Assembly: GCA_965235115.1 (NCBI GenBank) | Contig: OZ249439.1 | Coordinates: 16,492,001-16,556,000, forward strand | Direction: 5' to 3' | DNA: 64,000 bases | From: Laetmonice hystrix | Lineage: Eukaryota | In this document: positions 24,601 through 38,724 of the stretch, piece by piece | Layout: the number at the start of each line of letters is the position of its first letter | Numbering within the stretch: the stretch's first letter is position 1 | The notes under the pieces: model-generated | Database searches by the model: none | What the model was told of the DNA's origin: nothing | Seen by the model: the letters and a program-made list of their open reading frames with translations, nothing else | Program-made: the position numbers and the translations under genes

Positions 24601-27600
24601 ATTTGAGAGCACCCAAATAGAAATAAACGATGGAGTCTCCTTTGATAGTTTTAGTAGAGGAGCAGGTTTGAACGTTCAGTGGTGATAAAAAAATTGTGTT
24701 ATTTAGGTCTTGCCAGCTTTAGTGGTGCCATATTCAAGAAATATCCCATTGACCTCGCCGGGCTCATCCAGTACGTTATCAACCAGCTCAAGGATGGCAA
24801 AAGGTAAACTTCAGGTCATACATCCCTTTTCCCAGCAAGTAGTATTACAGGTGAAAGATTTAATTTCGGTTTTACTAATTTGGCTGAGGTAATACTTGGT
24901 ATGATTTAATAAATGTGCCGTGAACTGTCGCCAGTTTTGACCTGCTGATCCTGCGTGAGGTTGTCCAGAAGATGGCAGGTATTGAGGTATCGGAGGAGAT
25001 TACAGATGACCAGCTGGAGGCAATGGGAGGTGGCGACCTCCTCAAGGTCGAGGTAAGTGCTCTGGCTCACTGATGCAAAATATAGTTTACCATAGCCACA
25101 GAGTTTGCAAAGTCAACCATACTAACTAACAGAAATGCTATAATAGTGGAGAAAAAAAACAGAGTGCATTTCTTGTCACTTGGCCCTTGGTCCAGATCAG
25201 CAGTGTTCCTCAAATATTATGTGTATTTGTGTTGTCTCCAGGGAGGCTGCTTCGCTCAGGTCCGAAACACGAAGAAGTCGTCTTCACGATTGAAGGAGGC
25301 TCTACTCGACCACGACCTTGCAATTCCACTGTGTATCCTGATGGCTCAGGAGCGCTCTACCATTGTGTTTGGGGCAGGGTCTGGCTCTGAGGACCAACGC
25401 CACCTCAAATTGGTTGGCAAACTCTTTGACCAGGTTAGAACAGAGTTATCACACTGTCTTACTTCATTATGCCTCAAGACAATATTTGATATAAATATTT
25501 ACATAAATGACATAATGTGGACCCACGGTTTGACTGAGCCTGGTCGGGAGCAGAAGCTAACAGTTAATCTCTCTCTCTTGATGACAGTGTCAGGACACAT
25601 TTGTACAGTTCACCAGTTTCCTCTCCACCTCGCTCACCCTGGAGGAGTTCTGTAAACGTCTGCCGCCCATAGACAGGCTGATGACTACCTACCACGTGGC
25701 TCCCGAGACAGCCTTCCTCCTCTCCCGCACCATGTACTCCAACAACATCAACGTAAGCCAGCAATTGTCTCAATTACAGCAAGGGTCGGCCATACTGGAT
25801 GTTTGAATTGTTCCCAGTAGGTTGAAAAATGTGTACATTTTATAAGTCCTACAGCAGAATTAAAACGCTAGGTAATGTTCCTGTTAACAGGTGAAATATG
25901 AAGAGTTGAGAAAAGCTGACAAGAAAGACAAAGTTTCAGGCACTACAAACATCAAGGTAAGAATATGTATTCATAGTCCTTCACCTAATAGCATAAATAA
26001 CTCTGCTGAAAAATGAAGCTGATAATTTTGCATAATGTATAAAGATAATTATGCCAAATCAAATTGCAGCAGTATGAAATTAATTTAATAAATAAGTCGG
26101 AGGGGGAAATGCGGCGATCTCTTGGGTCATATACTTGGCCTTTAAATGTTACAACTACGTTAGAGAATAGGTTTCTGACAATTTTCTTGACTCTAGGTGC
26201 AGAGGTACATAGAGGCCACAGACAGGGTTATGGCGCCAGTTGTGGAGTTAATTCGACAGGTGCTACCGCTCGATATCTGGGATGATCTCAGGTACGAATT
26301 AACATGCCCTAAACTATGAAATGTTTCAATAGTGCTGTTCCAAAGAATTTAACCAAAAGCTTTCATACTTTAATATTAATGCCTGTACCAAGTAGTTGAA
26401 ATATGATAACTCATCGGTGTGATAGCATTTGTAGCTGAGACTGAAGTTTTTGTTTACAGCCCACAGTTTTACACCACATTCTGGACACTGACAATGTATG
26501 ATCTCAGCGTACCAAACGGATCGTATGAGAAGCAGGCCCAGCAGCTCAGACTCCAACTGTCAGCAATTGATGAAAATAAGGAAATGGTGAGTTACAAATG
26601 AAAACATGACATGATTTAAATGGTAACCTGGTTATAGAACTTGGAAGTTCTTATATCGGAATATTAACAACCAGGTTATGGAGGCATAGATGATCTGTAA
26701 GGCTAATGAGCAGCATATTAATGAATGTCCAGTTATGGGTCAAGGGTTCATAAGCAGGTTGAAATATGGTGCACATACTATGACAAACTTACTATACATT
26801 ATTAATTCATGTAGGCTCCTACCAAGAGGAAGAAAGAAAAGGAACGGTGCTCGGCGTTGATTGACAAACTAGCAGATGAAGAAAAGAGACAGCAGGAACA
26901 TGTGAACCGTGTCTTGGCACGGTTGAAACATAGCAAAGACAACTGGTTTCCTGCCAGTAAGTCGGTGACGTCAAGCCGTAAGTCTTCCTGCGGGACACTG
27001 CAACCCATGCACCACCCACCAGCGCCAACACACCCACAACAAGCACACAAGTTGTTGATAAAAAGTGGACAAAAATTCTATCCAAGAACAATATCAATGA
27101 AAAGGCCAAGAGCTCGACGAAATGCTTTATTTATAGTCAGTGTCATAATCATGATTGTGTAAAGGAAAATTAGTAAAATTGAATGGCATCAGCAAAAGTG
27201 CTCCCCTCAGCTAATGCTATCATAGACAACTGACATTTCTCAGGAAAAAAAGGGAAGTAAAAACTGTCGGGTGCTCTTTCCTGCATTTTCTTTTCCTTTC
27301 GTTTTTTTCTTAATCAAAAATTGCATTTAATTCAGGAGCCTTTTCTAATCATAGATCTTAAGAAAAAAAAAGACAGAAAATTTTATTCTCTACCTTCTTT
27401 ATCATTCCCTAATTTGGAAACCTTTGTATGAAGGAAGTGTTGCTCTGTAAGAATTAATATTAGTTATTACTTATCATTACTGTAATTTGACATCATTTGT
27501 CTTTTGCAGAATGATTGTACTTAATTAGTTCTGCTCATTTTTCTGATTTCATAGGTGTGCTCTTTGGTTATAACCTTGTAGGTGTGTGGGGTGGGAGGTG

Positions 27601-30600
27601 GTCCTTACAGTCGGGTTGCAAATTGTTAATTCTCTCAGTCAAACAAAGATTCCCCCAAATTCTATGAAACATGGTGATGATTATTCACAAGAACGCAGTA
27701 CTGCCAGTTACAGGGCGGACTGGTTGGATCTGGCCCAACATGACGATGAAAGAGACTGACTTGAGAGAGTTAACTCAGCCGGTTTACTTACCAAGATGTA
27801 CTTCATGAGAACACAACTACATGTATTTAGCTCAAGGCCTCTGACTAGAACGTTACAACCAGTGGTAAGGTCGTTCTTAGATTAGAAGTTCTTGTTGTAT
27901 GCCTTGTGCTGTATTCTAGTTTCACAAGGGTATCTCCCGCTCGGGGGAAAGGATACTTTTCATCATTGTTATTGGATAGAATGTTTAGCTGAATGTACCA
28001 TAGTTATGTCCTTACTGAGACAACCACTAGAAGATGATTTAATTTAACATAAGTCTAATTTATTGCAATTAAGGGGAAAGAGTAATTCTGTTCCTTATAG
28101 CAGCAGAAAAAGTAATCCCGGATAATTTGAATGGGAAAAATGGGAGGCGGTTTACCAAATCAGAAAAGCATGGATTAATGATTCCAAGTCATTTAAGAGA
28201 TAATTATACCGGCATATTTCTTACACAATGGTAATGTCAATTTAGGGATGAAAAGTACTTCTTTTGACAGATTTTTAATTTTTATTTTACAACTACTGCT
28301 ATTGTAGATATCAATATAAATGTACACTATGCAATACTAATAGACTGCTATACGTGTTGTGATATACTCAGGGTCCACAAAGAATATGTCTGTGACTGCG
28401 TTCCTGCAGCACTGTGTGTTTCCACGCTGCTGCTTCTCAGCCATCGACGCTGTCTTCTGTGCCAAGTTCATCCACACCCTACACAACCTCAAGACTCCTA
28501 ACTTCAGTTCCCTCATCTGTTATGACCGGGTAAGGAAGTTACTAACATAAACAATTTCAGTATGTACCTGGTGATTCATTTCATCTCTTGACAGTGGAAG
28601 ACTTGGAGATGTCTTTTTTTGATCTATTAATGAGTTGTCAATACTACTCTGAGATAAATTTACATTTTGTATTTGTTGATTTCTTAGAGGAGCCTAATAA
28701 AAGTTGATGACTGGAAATAACTTGTTTTGTTTACAGACCTTCTCAGATGTCACATTTTCCGTGACAAGTTGTACAGAAAACGAAGCGCATCGGTATGGAC
28801 GATTTCTCTGCACAGCTCTTGACAGCATCATGCGATGGCACAGTGACAAAACGCTCTATGAGAAGGTAAGGCACCTTGATGTCTAGAAAATGATGAAAGG
28901 TTCACATTAAGGTGCGCTTAGAAACACCAACTAAATATTTTTTACCTTCCAACTGAAAAAGGGAGGGTGAATGGAAAACTTGTTTATGTGTTGCTGTTGA
29001 TGAAATTGAATGTGTTCTTTCGTTTGTCAACAGGAGTGTGCCAGCTATCCCGGGTTTGTAACCGTGTTCCGTGCCAAGGGAACCAACCCTGGGAACAACA
29101 AGGCAGACCATCTCGATTATGAGAACTACCGTCATGTCTGTCACAAATGGCATTTTTCTCTCACAAAGGTAACAATCGTACCCGGTAGTACATGTACCGT
29201 CATAATAATACTTAAATTACATGCAATAACAAATTCTTAACGATGTTCTTTCATTGTGAAAAATCTGTATTGAGATGTATATGGATAAAATTTATATAGA
29301 GTATTTCCAGATGTAAGCATTTGAGTTTTGTCTCTTGGTGTATAATGTTTGCAAGTTATTTTATAGTATTGAACACAATTAATTTACCAGGGTAAAAGGA
29401 TTAAGAAAAGAGTGTTTTCTTTCAGGCAATGGTTGCTTGTCTGGAGTCTGGAAACTACATCCAAATAAGAAATGCCCTAATAGTCCTCACACGGGTAAGT
29501 GGATTCATTTAAAAAGTGGATATAGCCAGTATGTAGCTGAATTTTTAGAATTTCTCTTTTTCCATTCCACTAAAAAACCTAATATAAACGGTAGAAGTTG
29601 ATGCATCCATACTTGGGTTTCTAGATTCTGCCTCACTATCCAAGGATTGTCAAGTTTGGCTCGGCTCTGGAGCGACGGGTGGAGAAGCTGAGACTGGACG
29701 AAAAAGACAAGAGACCTGACATCTATGCTCTTGCCATGGGGTGAGGACTAGTGTGTAACACAAGGTATCAGGCCCGATGGGTCACACTAAAATATAGTGG
29801 CGATCCAAGCACTCTATATTGTAAACGTAATGATGTGCAGTACAGGCAAATATAAGATAACATTGCAACAATGTTTCTGTTTGACTTTGGTACAGGTACT
29901 GCGGTCTGCTAAAGGCCAGGAAGAGGACCTGGATACAGGAACTCGAGTTTCACCTCAAGGACAAGGAGACCGTGAGTGAACAAGTCAACCAGGTGGACGC
30001 CAAGGGCTACTACCTTCAATGCCTTCACAACCAAAATAGCATTATAGGTTTCATATATGTTTAAGAATTCCGACTTTTAAAACGGATTATAGACGTTGTT
30101 GCAGCACAAGGAAGTGCGTGCCATGGACCATTCAAAATCGTCTCAGTGCTTCTAAAGGCCAGGCATATAAGGATAATTCTCTGTAGTGCACAAATGCACC
30201 CTTGTTATGTATCATCCCAGTGAGTGGTTTTCCTCCCAATCTTATCCTCATCAGAAAGAAGCTTGTAGCTTGTAACATTATGTCAGTGTTTTAGGTACCA
30301 AGTCAATTTTTGTTACAGCAACCAAAGTCTTCGTCAAGAGTGAATGGTACAGCAACAATGAAAACTGAGTCTGGCACTGAATCAAAGCCAGCGAGTGTCA
30401 GCCATGCAGGTCACTCAAGTGCTAAGAAACCAGAGACAGAGAACCTGGGTAAGTGTCCTTTCCTGCATTTGTCCTGAAGAGGAAAAATGAAAACTTGAAC
30501 TTAAAAAGCAAAAACCGTGAAAATAAATTCATTGAGAGCAATAGATGCAAGTGTAGTATTAAAATGTGTCCATAAGTCCTCGAATGTACCTGTCTTACTA

Positions 30601-33600
30601 GCAACTAATTAATTTAGACTCCGATGATTTCATTTTTGACCCCAAGAATTTCGTGGTGCGTCCAAAGGAAATCTTTGGAAGCAAGAATATAAGTCCTTAC
30701 TCTTGAAATGATTACTAACAAATGATTTTCACATTGTTTCCAGCTAATGGCAAAGAGACAAAAGAGAAGAAACTGGATGTCAAAGTATCTGTCTCAAGAA
30801 GTGAACAAAAGGATAATCGAACTGAGGTCAAGTCAAGTGTGAAGATGTCCAACAATACAGTTGATATAAAGACAGAGCGTAAGGAGGCAGCTGAACCACG
30901 GTGAGTCAACAGAAGATGGGAAGCCATGAAAATTTGACCTACTGAAACAAGTTAACAAATCGCCCTTCAGCTTTATGGGATAGCAGGCCATGCCATTTGC
31001 TGCTTACAGGTGGCAGTCCTTAGGCTAAATATAAAACTAGTTATAAAATATAACACAAGGTGGTTGAAATTGGCTCTGAACAAGGTCAAACAAATGAAAT
31101 CCTTGCTGAAAGCTTTTTCCTTTTCTTTAATTATCAGACCATCAACAAGCAAGGATCGCGTCCCCTCAAGGAAGAGTCACAGTGTAGAGAAGGAAATCAA
31201 GGATAAGTCCACTGCTGAAAAAGCTGACAAAGAGAAGATTACCATGAAAGAGAAAAAAGAAGACCGGGAAAAGGGTCACAAGGAGAATCGTATACCAAAA
31301 GAAGACAAGGAGAAGCGACGTGAAGAAAAGGAGCGAAAGGAGAAAGATCGACTTGAGAAACAGGTCCGTGAGGAGAAGGAAAGGGAGAAGACCGGCCATC
31401 GTGAGGAGAAGGAGCGTGAAAAGGCAGCATATCGGGAGGAAAAAGAGAGAGAAAAGGCTGCCCTCCGTGAGGTCAAAGAGCGGGAAAAGGCTGCTCAGAG
31501 AGAAGAGAAGGAAAGACTAAAGGAGGAAAAAGCAGCTGCACGAGCTGAAAAGGAGCACAAAAGTCACAAAGAAAAGAAGGATAAAATCAAGGTGAAGGAA
31601 GAGAGAGCTGATATTGACCAAGAGCGAGAGCCTAGCGTAGGCTCTTCCACCAGTCAACACAGCCATCGCCGCAGTGCTGAATCCTCTCCAAAGCATCAGG
31701 ATGAAAAGGGTAGGTGCAAGTTCCTTTAGCTATCAGTATTTAATGCTTTGATACGAACATTGAGTTTCTGATATGAAGTTCCCATAGTGACGAGTCATCA
31801 TCATGGCAATGAATTATAGCTGTATTTCCACTCTATATAATCTTCAGTTGATGAAATGCTAAATAGATGCACTGTGATGATTTTTCAGAAGCGAAGCGTC
31901 GGAAGATTGAGGGTGCAAGTAGTAGTGTAAAGGTTAGTATATGACAGGTGTGCTATGTTTACCTACTTCTGGAGGAAGGCAGAAAGAGTGAGGGATGAGC
32001 AAAGGCCACACGCACGTGTCCTCGCAGCTTCTCCGTCCCACTATGTCATCCCCAGTAGGATGTACACCATCTGTCGACACCCACAGGGCTCGAGGACCTG
32101 GAAGCGACCACCGCATGGCGAGCTGGATGGCACCCAGGAGGCAGCACCCAGAGCACCCAGAGCACCAACTGTGGCAAGACTGCCTCATTTGGGATCACCA
32201 ACGGTCTTGGAAGAGTCTCACGTTCCGTCATATTGAGCCGCATTCAGGATTTACCTGTGTTAATGGCATACAGGTACATCAGAGGGTGGGAGAGGAATCG
32301 GGCAGAGTTGCAAGTTACAAGGAAATGTAGCTCAAGAAAGTTGTTGGATAATATGTATGTCGTGAATTAAGGGAGGACTGAATGTTGAAGCCCTGTTCCA
32401 GCAGAAAATTCCAGTCATTGCCAGGCCTAGTCGGCTACACCCAAGATATCTTACCTGCTACCTGATTGGAGAATCTGCCTACTGTTTGTCTTGGTGCCTT
32501 TTATTGGAGGCAGATGAAGACGTGGCAATAGTGTAATCCGTAGTTCTACCAGAGATGGTTCTCTCCCTTACTCCGAGCAGATTGAGGCAAAATAAAATCT
32601 TAGGATGGTGGAGGATGCCCTTGCTTAGTCAGCTTCTGAGGATGTGCCGTCCCGTCTGCAGGTTCCTTCATAGCTCCGCTAATTAACCATCCCGGCAGGA
32701 ATTGCCAGCTAACCCTTGGTTTCGTAAAGAAAAATAAGGCCCCGACCTCAGCATAACCAGCCACTATTATCTGAAAGACCAAGCTTCGATTTGCCCAATG
32801 GTCAGCAGCTGGTAGAAGTCGCAAAGGCAGAAGTGGTCAAAAGGCCAGAGTATGGGAGGTCCTGACGAGGGAAGAAATGCTCAGCAGTCGGCTTTAGTCC
32901 TTATTCGATGGGTTCCAGCATGACTGCTGACGTCAGCCTACACTGTCACCACCTCACTTTGACACCACTTCCTGGTTTGAAGGTTGCCTCATCAGTCTAC
33001 AGGAGACGTCAGCCACCCCAGTCATTGTGTTCACGGTCCTGCTTGGCAACACAGTTTGAAATCCACAATGGATACGTCCCTCTGCTTGGAAGGAAAATGA
33101 GAGAAATTGAAGTCAGGTGATTGTTGTCCCAGCATTGGGACATCAGTCAGCCCCTCGTGTGTTATGCTTTCTCCAGCCTCTAGTTGTGGCATCTTGATGA
33201 ACTGAGAATGAACTGTCAGGGAGAATTGTCTTTGATTCATAGACACATATCTCTCTCCGTGCAGAAAGCATGATTTTGATCACTGTAGTCATGCCACAGT
33301 ATGATGTTCACGTCACACAATGTTCAACGAGTAATGTGACGTCACGTATGGGCCTCAGTTATTATGATGTCGATGTTCGCTTCCAAAACCAAGAATGACG
33401 TCTCCACTACGCTACCTCCAGCAGACGATGATACTGCTCATCCCAGAGCTAACGTCTACACCCAACGTCTACATCCGCGGTCAGCATGTAACGGACGCCA
33501 CACGGAGAGTTTTACCAATGTTGTTGGCCCAGGCCTGAATAGCGAGGATATCAACCACTAATGATGATTGCCAGGAATTCGGAACAATACTTGAAGGACA

Positions 33601-36600
33601 TTCATAGGCATAATGCAGTGTGCTACGTTTACAAAGACTGTCACACGGGAGATTAAGCCACTATATCATGTTGATTCTTGCAAAGAACCAGCTCTTACAC
33701 GCCGATAGTTACAAGTGAACAGTGATAAATGTGATAGGAACTTGTGTGTCATATTAGCGTGCACGGATTACCTCTGTCCGACATATGGCCTTGATATAGC
33801 CCATATAAAGAATGGTAGGGACGGTGATGGTAAATCACGTCAGCTTTATAGATTAGAAACTAGAAAAGTTTTTGCACATTCCTGCAAAGATTGACTTCAG
33901 TAAGAAAGAACCAGCTATGCAAAATAGTGGGGCTTAGTGCCCAAAGGCTATTAACTTTTTATACTGATTAAATCGGAAAGTCAATATCAGAAGGAAAGGC
34001 ATTCTAGTCTTTTGAAATAGAAGATAAAAAGTATTTTTAGACTAGATGTTGCTGAAATTATTATTTATTTTTGTTAGCCACAGAGTTAACAAGGAGTATG
34101 TTAGTTGTTACGTTGAATGCAGCTGTTTTATTATCTGAATCAGTATGAAGTATCTCATAAATAAATAAATCCTTTTGTACCTGCAATTTTCATTGATAAA
34201 TTATTTATGATTGATTTCAAAGTAGCTGACAAAATATGGCAACCTTTTTCAGCATTTTATGGCATTTAGCAATGAAAGTGAAAGTTTCCAAATCCTTGTA
34301 TAAGTAATGACAGGTAGTAGACGTCAGGCCTGATCATTTGATTTCTTGGATTGTCAAGGAACTTCCAGGAACTGCAGTAACAAATTCTAGCCAAAGAGAG
34401 GGCGTGGCATGAGGAGCACACTTTATACGAACTGTAGGTAGTACTGAATTGTGTAGCTCATAATAGATGCTCAAAGGAATGTCACATGTTGGGCAAGGCA
34501 TTTGTAGGATCGCTGGGAACATCCAAGAGGGTCCCAGGCTATATGTCTATGGAGGAAACCCCATGCAAGACAAGAATTATGCAATCACAGAAAGAGTCCG
34601 TCTACATTGAAGTCTGTCAGTGGCAAGAGGAATGTAAGCCATATGGGTTAAAGATGGGAAATCAGTCGACATGAGCCTGGAAAGGCCTGCTGTAGTAACG
34701 GAGCAGATGCTGCGGTAACGGAGCTGGTACCACAGCGGCTGGTCAGCTCTGACGAAACCCAAGCCAGTGTCAGGGTGAGCCATGCTGTGCTGCGCTGTGC
34801 TGCGCTGGTGCGAGTGAAGTGTGTTTCGGGCCCATGGGGGACTGGGTGTGACTGACAGAAGACCTAGGTGACAAATTTACATATTTCCACTCTTCGTATC
34901 ATTCTGTGTTTTTCATTTACCAGTTCATGATCGCTGTGTCCTGAGTACAATAATATTATTGTTTATTGCAGTTTATCTGCTTTGCCACATTTCTCATTCA
35001 GTCCTAGCCTAGTCAAAAGACTTCAATCCAAACCGTTTAAATCTTTATCTGAGTTCATTCATCTTATCAGGTGTACTTTGTTCTGCATGTTGCATGTGCT
35101 TTGGTTTATTTGCCAGTTTCGAAATCCAATCTATTCATATTATTGCCTTTCTGCCAAGTACGGGGGTATATATCAGTCTGAAAGGTATGAAAAAGTAAAT
35201 AATGAGTCCCACAAGTAATAATTTGCTGGGCCAACATGTATCCAACAAAACTTGGTGCATTTCTAATCATCTGCTGTGTGGAATCTGCCCACTTTGTGTA
35301 CATTGTATGCTATTAATGTACACAAAGTACTTGGAGTTGGCATTCCCATACAAGCACAAATATTGGATCTCCGATGAAGGAGGAAGTAAATTAAGTAATT
35401 TTTGTTAAGCGTATGTGCCTTGCTATGCTTGTTGTTAAACAGGACAGCTATTATGGTTCCGATGGCCGGGAAAAGTCGAGACAGTCGGTGAGTGCACACT
35501 TTAAACTGGATAACATGTGGTTTGCTGTATACAATTCCTATCCAAGCCAGATCAGATCAACCATAATGTTCCAAAGCAAATTTTTGAGATTATGTGTTTT
35601 TAGAATTGGAGTCAAGACTTGATCCCAGTCCTGGGAAACTCCCAAAAAATATATTTTAGCAAAACTATTTGGATCAGCCATACTAAATCTCCAGGGGACC
35701 CTTGCCAAACAAGGCACAATTCCTCGCATGATTTGCGTGCTGATTTACAGAAGTGTACGATACCAAATGCAGTTGCAACAGGCCAGGAGGAGTACCGTGA
35801 CTGGTAGTCTTCAAGCAGGTAACAAGAATGGTGATGTGCAGTGGAAGACTCTCGTATCTAGCCACTCGGAGTGGTCACCCTCATTACCATGTTTGCAACA
35901 GTACACGGAAGGAAGAGGGGGTGAAACCCAAAATGCTTGGTGTCATCTGAGTGATTCAGTTACAGCCTTCATGCAAACAAATCTACGATAGTAAAATGGG
36001 AATGGCAAGGTTGATGTGTGTGGGTGTGTGGGTGTACACATTTTGATATGAATGTTTCAGAGTCCGGGATATGATCGGCCTGGCTCCTCAGCTGACTGGG
36101 AATGGGAGAGAGAGCGTGATCGGGAGCGAGATCGGGACTGGCACTCGGATCGCGACAGGAAGAGACACAGTGGAGTGAGCACTACCACAGTACCTGATAG
36201 GAAACTAACATGATTCCTGCTACGTTCACATCCATGTATTTTTCCACCATGCTCATGTTTCTATCTTGCTAACGAAATCATGTTTTCCCTGTCCAGGCCT
36301 ATATGGATGACAAAGATGCCATTGAACCGACAAAACGGGTCCGAGAGGACTTTGCATCTCAAGAACCTTCCACTAGTAAGGCATATCCATTGTCTACTTG
36401 TAACGGATTACCTTATGTAGCATCGTAGATCGACTGTTATTTTGATCGGTGATTTAATTAATGTTTTTCTGTAAAAATCAAACAATATACGTAGTTGAGA
36501 AATAACCTGATGTTGATGTGTTCTCAGGCAAGTCGAGCAGTCGGGTGGCCAATGGTGACACAGAGAAGGGAAGGTCTTCTGACAAGTGTGGCGTCAAGTC

Positions 36601-37152
36601 ACCACGGAAGTTGCGGGTCAGAGACCACGAGGAGCCAGAGTTTGGGATGGCCGAACTGGCTGTGAAAAGTCGCAAGGAATCTCCAACCAGCAGAGACAGA
36701 CCTGAAAAAAAACAGTATCCTTTTCTTTAAAACAGAATAGAGACCAGTTGGATAGATTTTGACATGAATTTCAAAGAGCTAAATTTACATAAAAATCAGG
36801 TGGGGTTGCATCATGTTTTAGAAACATGATGGCTTGCATGAGGAAAACCCTGATTTTCCCCCTCTGGAACAAGGTATCATTCCTTCGACCAATTTGGCAA
36901 TGAATAAATCTTTTGTACTTCATTCTCAGTGGCTCCCGGGATCGTTGCCTCATTCAATATGACAAAAATGTTATCCCAGCATTAAATACTGGCATCTGCT
37001 GTAATCATGTCATTGAAATTCATTTCACGCTCAATATTTTTTATTTATCCCATGCTTTAGTCCATAGAGACCCCATTAGAGGGCCTCTTTCATATACATG
37101 TACGTGTATTCACCTTGACTAGTGTCACAGCACAAAGAAAAGCAAGAAGTGA
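21663..37152 (+). CDS. THOC2: THO complex subunit 2 (TREX mRNA export), 5'-incomplete in this window
   Basis: Phase-consistent exons: 21663-21821, 22198-22376, 22596-22794, 23059-23222, 23497-23598, 23897-23981, 24202-24295, 24425-24505, 24707-24803, 24935-25052, 25242-25433, 25588-25752, 25891-25956, 26197-26291, 26460-26586, 26815-26956, 28372-28529, 28737-28865, 29034-29168, 29426-29494, 29625-29740, 29896-29971, 30319-30448, 30744-30900, 31138-31709, 31889-31932, 36061-36174, 36297-36375, 36528-36714, 37131-37152. THOC2 signatures: [117 protein letters not shown]. Exons after 31932 are less certain. Confidence 0.95.
24296..24424 (+). other. U12-type (minor spliceosome) GT-AG intron in THOC2, 129 nt
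   Basis: 5' splice site GTATCCTT at 24296; branch site TCCTTAAC at 24409-24416; AG at 24423-24424 with no polypyrimidine tract. Splicing restores [12 protein letters not shown]. Confidence 0.92.
31367..31516 (+). repeat. Coding tandem repeat: 33-nt / 11-aa unit ([11 protein letters not shown]), about 4.5 copies, in the THOC2 C-terminal region
   Basis: [50 protein letters not shown]; synonymous positions differ between units. Confidence 0.85.
36715..37130 (+). other. U12-type GT-AG terminal coding intron of THOC2, 416 nt
   Basis: 5' splice site GTATCCTTTT at 36715; branch-like CCTTGAC at 37113-37119; CAG ending at 37130. Splicing gives ...EKKH-TKKSKK* (TGA 37150-37152), resembling the vertebrate ...EEKKHHKSSDKHR end as I recall it. 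Confidence 0.8.
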
Positions 37153-38724
37153 TCAACTGGAAAATAGAGAAGATCTCTTCTACTGACTGGATAGTGTCCA
37201 GGAGAGCCCACCGAGCTGTGGGTGGCCTGACATGTATTGATGACCTCGATCTAAGCGCTGGAATACCCTGGATCAAAGTTCATTTGTTGCTTCGTATCTC
37301 TTAACCAGCCTGTATTCTTTAAAGGCTGATGTTTTGCTACAAATAAGATGTCGTTATTGTGATCATGCTTGGCAATAGAAACAGAGGGGTAATTTTGACT
37401 GACTATTCATGTAGCGTATGTGGAAGAGTACGAAATTAGGTTTTGGGTGCCGAGGGTATCATGAATATATTAATTTATTCTGCCTATACCTATGGTGCAA
37501 GTGTCACAGTTGTATGTATAACACTGTAATACAAGTTAGGTTAATCTTATCCAGGAGGTCAGGGATTGCAGAGTTTAACGAAGATCAACTTTACCTAATC
37601 TCATACTTATATCAGGGGTATCTGACAGGGTCAGAAATACAAAAAGTGTTCGGTAGAATTTTAGCCCCTGAAGGGGTGGGGACTTCTAATTTGCCTTCCG
37701 ACGATTCATATCTAGAAAACACTTGACGATAACCGCTTACTACAAATGATGGAAGGAGACATAGATGAAGTTTCTTTGTGCTTCATGTATCAAAGATGTT
37801 CTCACATGGACTGTATATAAAAAATACATATAGTACACATAGTTCCTTGACCCACAGATTATTGGTCCCTACCCAGTTTGGGGCTGTGACTCCGACGGGG
37901 TCTTTTTTTCTTCTTTTTTTGTGGACCCCTATGAGAGTATGAAAATGAACAAGAAACATATCTCTCTCCCCCTCCCCTCCGAAAAAACAACCGTGGTACG
38001 TATGATTATTTCTAAGGGGAATTGCTTATAAAACGTTGAAGAAGAGAGTGTACGTCCTGTGTCAAAGTGAACAAAGTATATAAGAAGTGATGTGACTGGA
38101 GCTTGATTTGTAATGAGTTGTGGGTACCTATTGTTTTAAAGTTTTAAAAAAATTACTATTGGTAATGTGCCAGGTGGTCCGGCACACTTTATTGGGCGAA
38201 ATTTAGCCGATTTTAGAATTGCTAGAATTTTGCCATAATGCAGTAGGATCAACAAGTCGATTAGTGATATTGGGATCACGGTGAGTTGTTTTGTTCTCAA
38301 GGATGACTACTTGTTTGAGAAAAACGGTTGAAATGTAAAGCGACGTTTTCAAGTGCCATTGATATTATAATAGTCATGATGGAGAAAAGAAACATGAAAA
38401 GAAAAAAGTTCAGGGACAATCAGCCTCGGTTTGTTGCAAGGTATCTTGTGAATGCGCAAAAACAGGAACAGACCAGACCTATGCTTTTCTAGGTTACATA
38501 ACAGTTCATATCTGGTATGATCTTGGTAATACTGGTAACTTCCTGAAGGGGCCAGTTGTGAAATATAGCCAGGCTAATTATAATCAGCTTAGAAACGAGT
38601 AATCTTGAAACTTATTGATTGATCTCAAGGTAGTCGTATTTAATATTCACTCTGCCTTTGTTTAGAAACGGTCCTCCGATCTCATGCTGTCGAGGTTTAA
38701 ATTGGAGGAGCTTGAAGGTGAAAT

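Noticed and set aside
27674-27760. GTGATGA...CTGA spaced like an intronic C/D-box snoRNA
   Set aside because: Poor terminal stem and no guide complementarity that I could assign to an rRNA or snRNA.
36376-36392. ATATCC after GTAAGGC, resembling an AT-AC U12 donor
   Set aside because: Sequence is ATATCCAT rather than ATATCCTT; the upstream GTAAGG donor already gives the correct phase.
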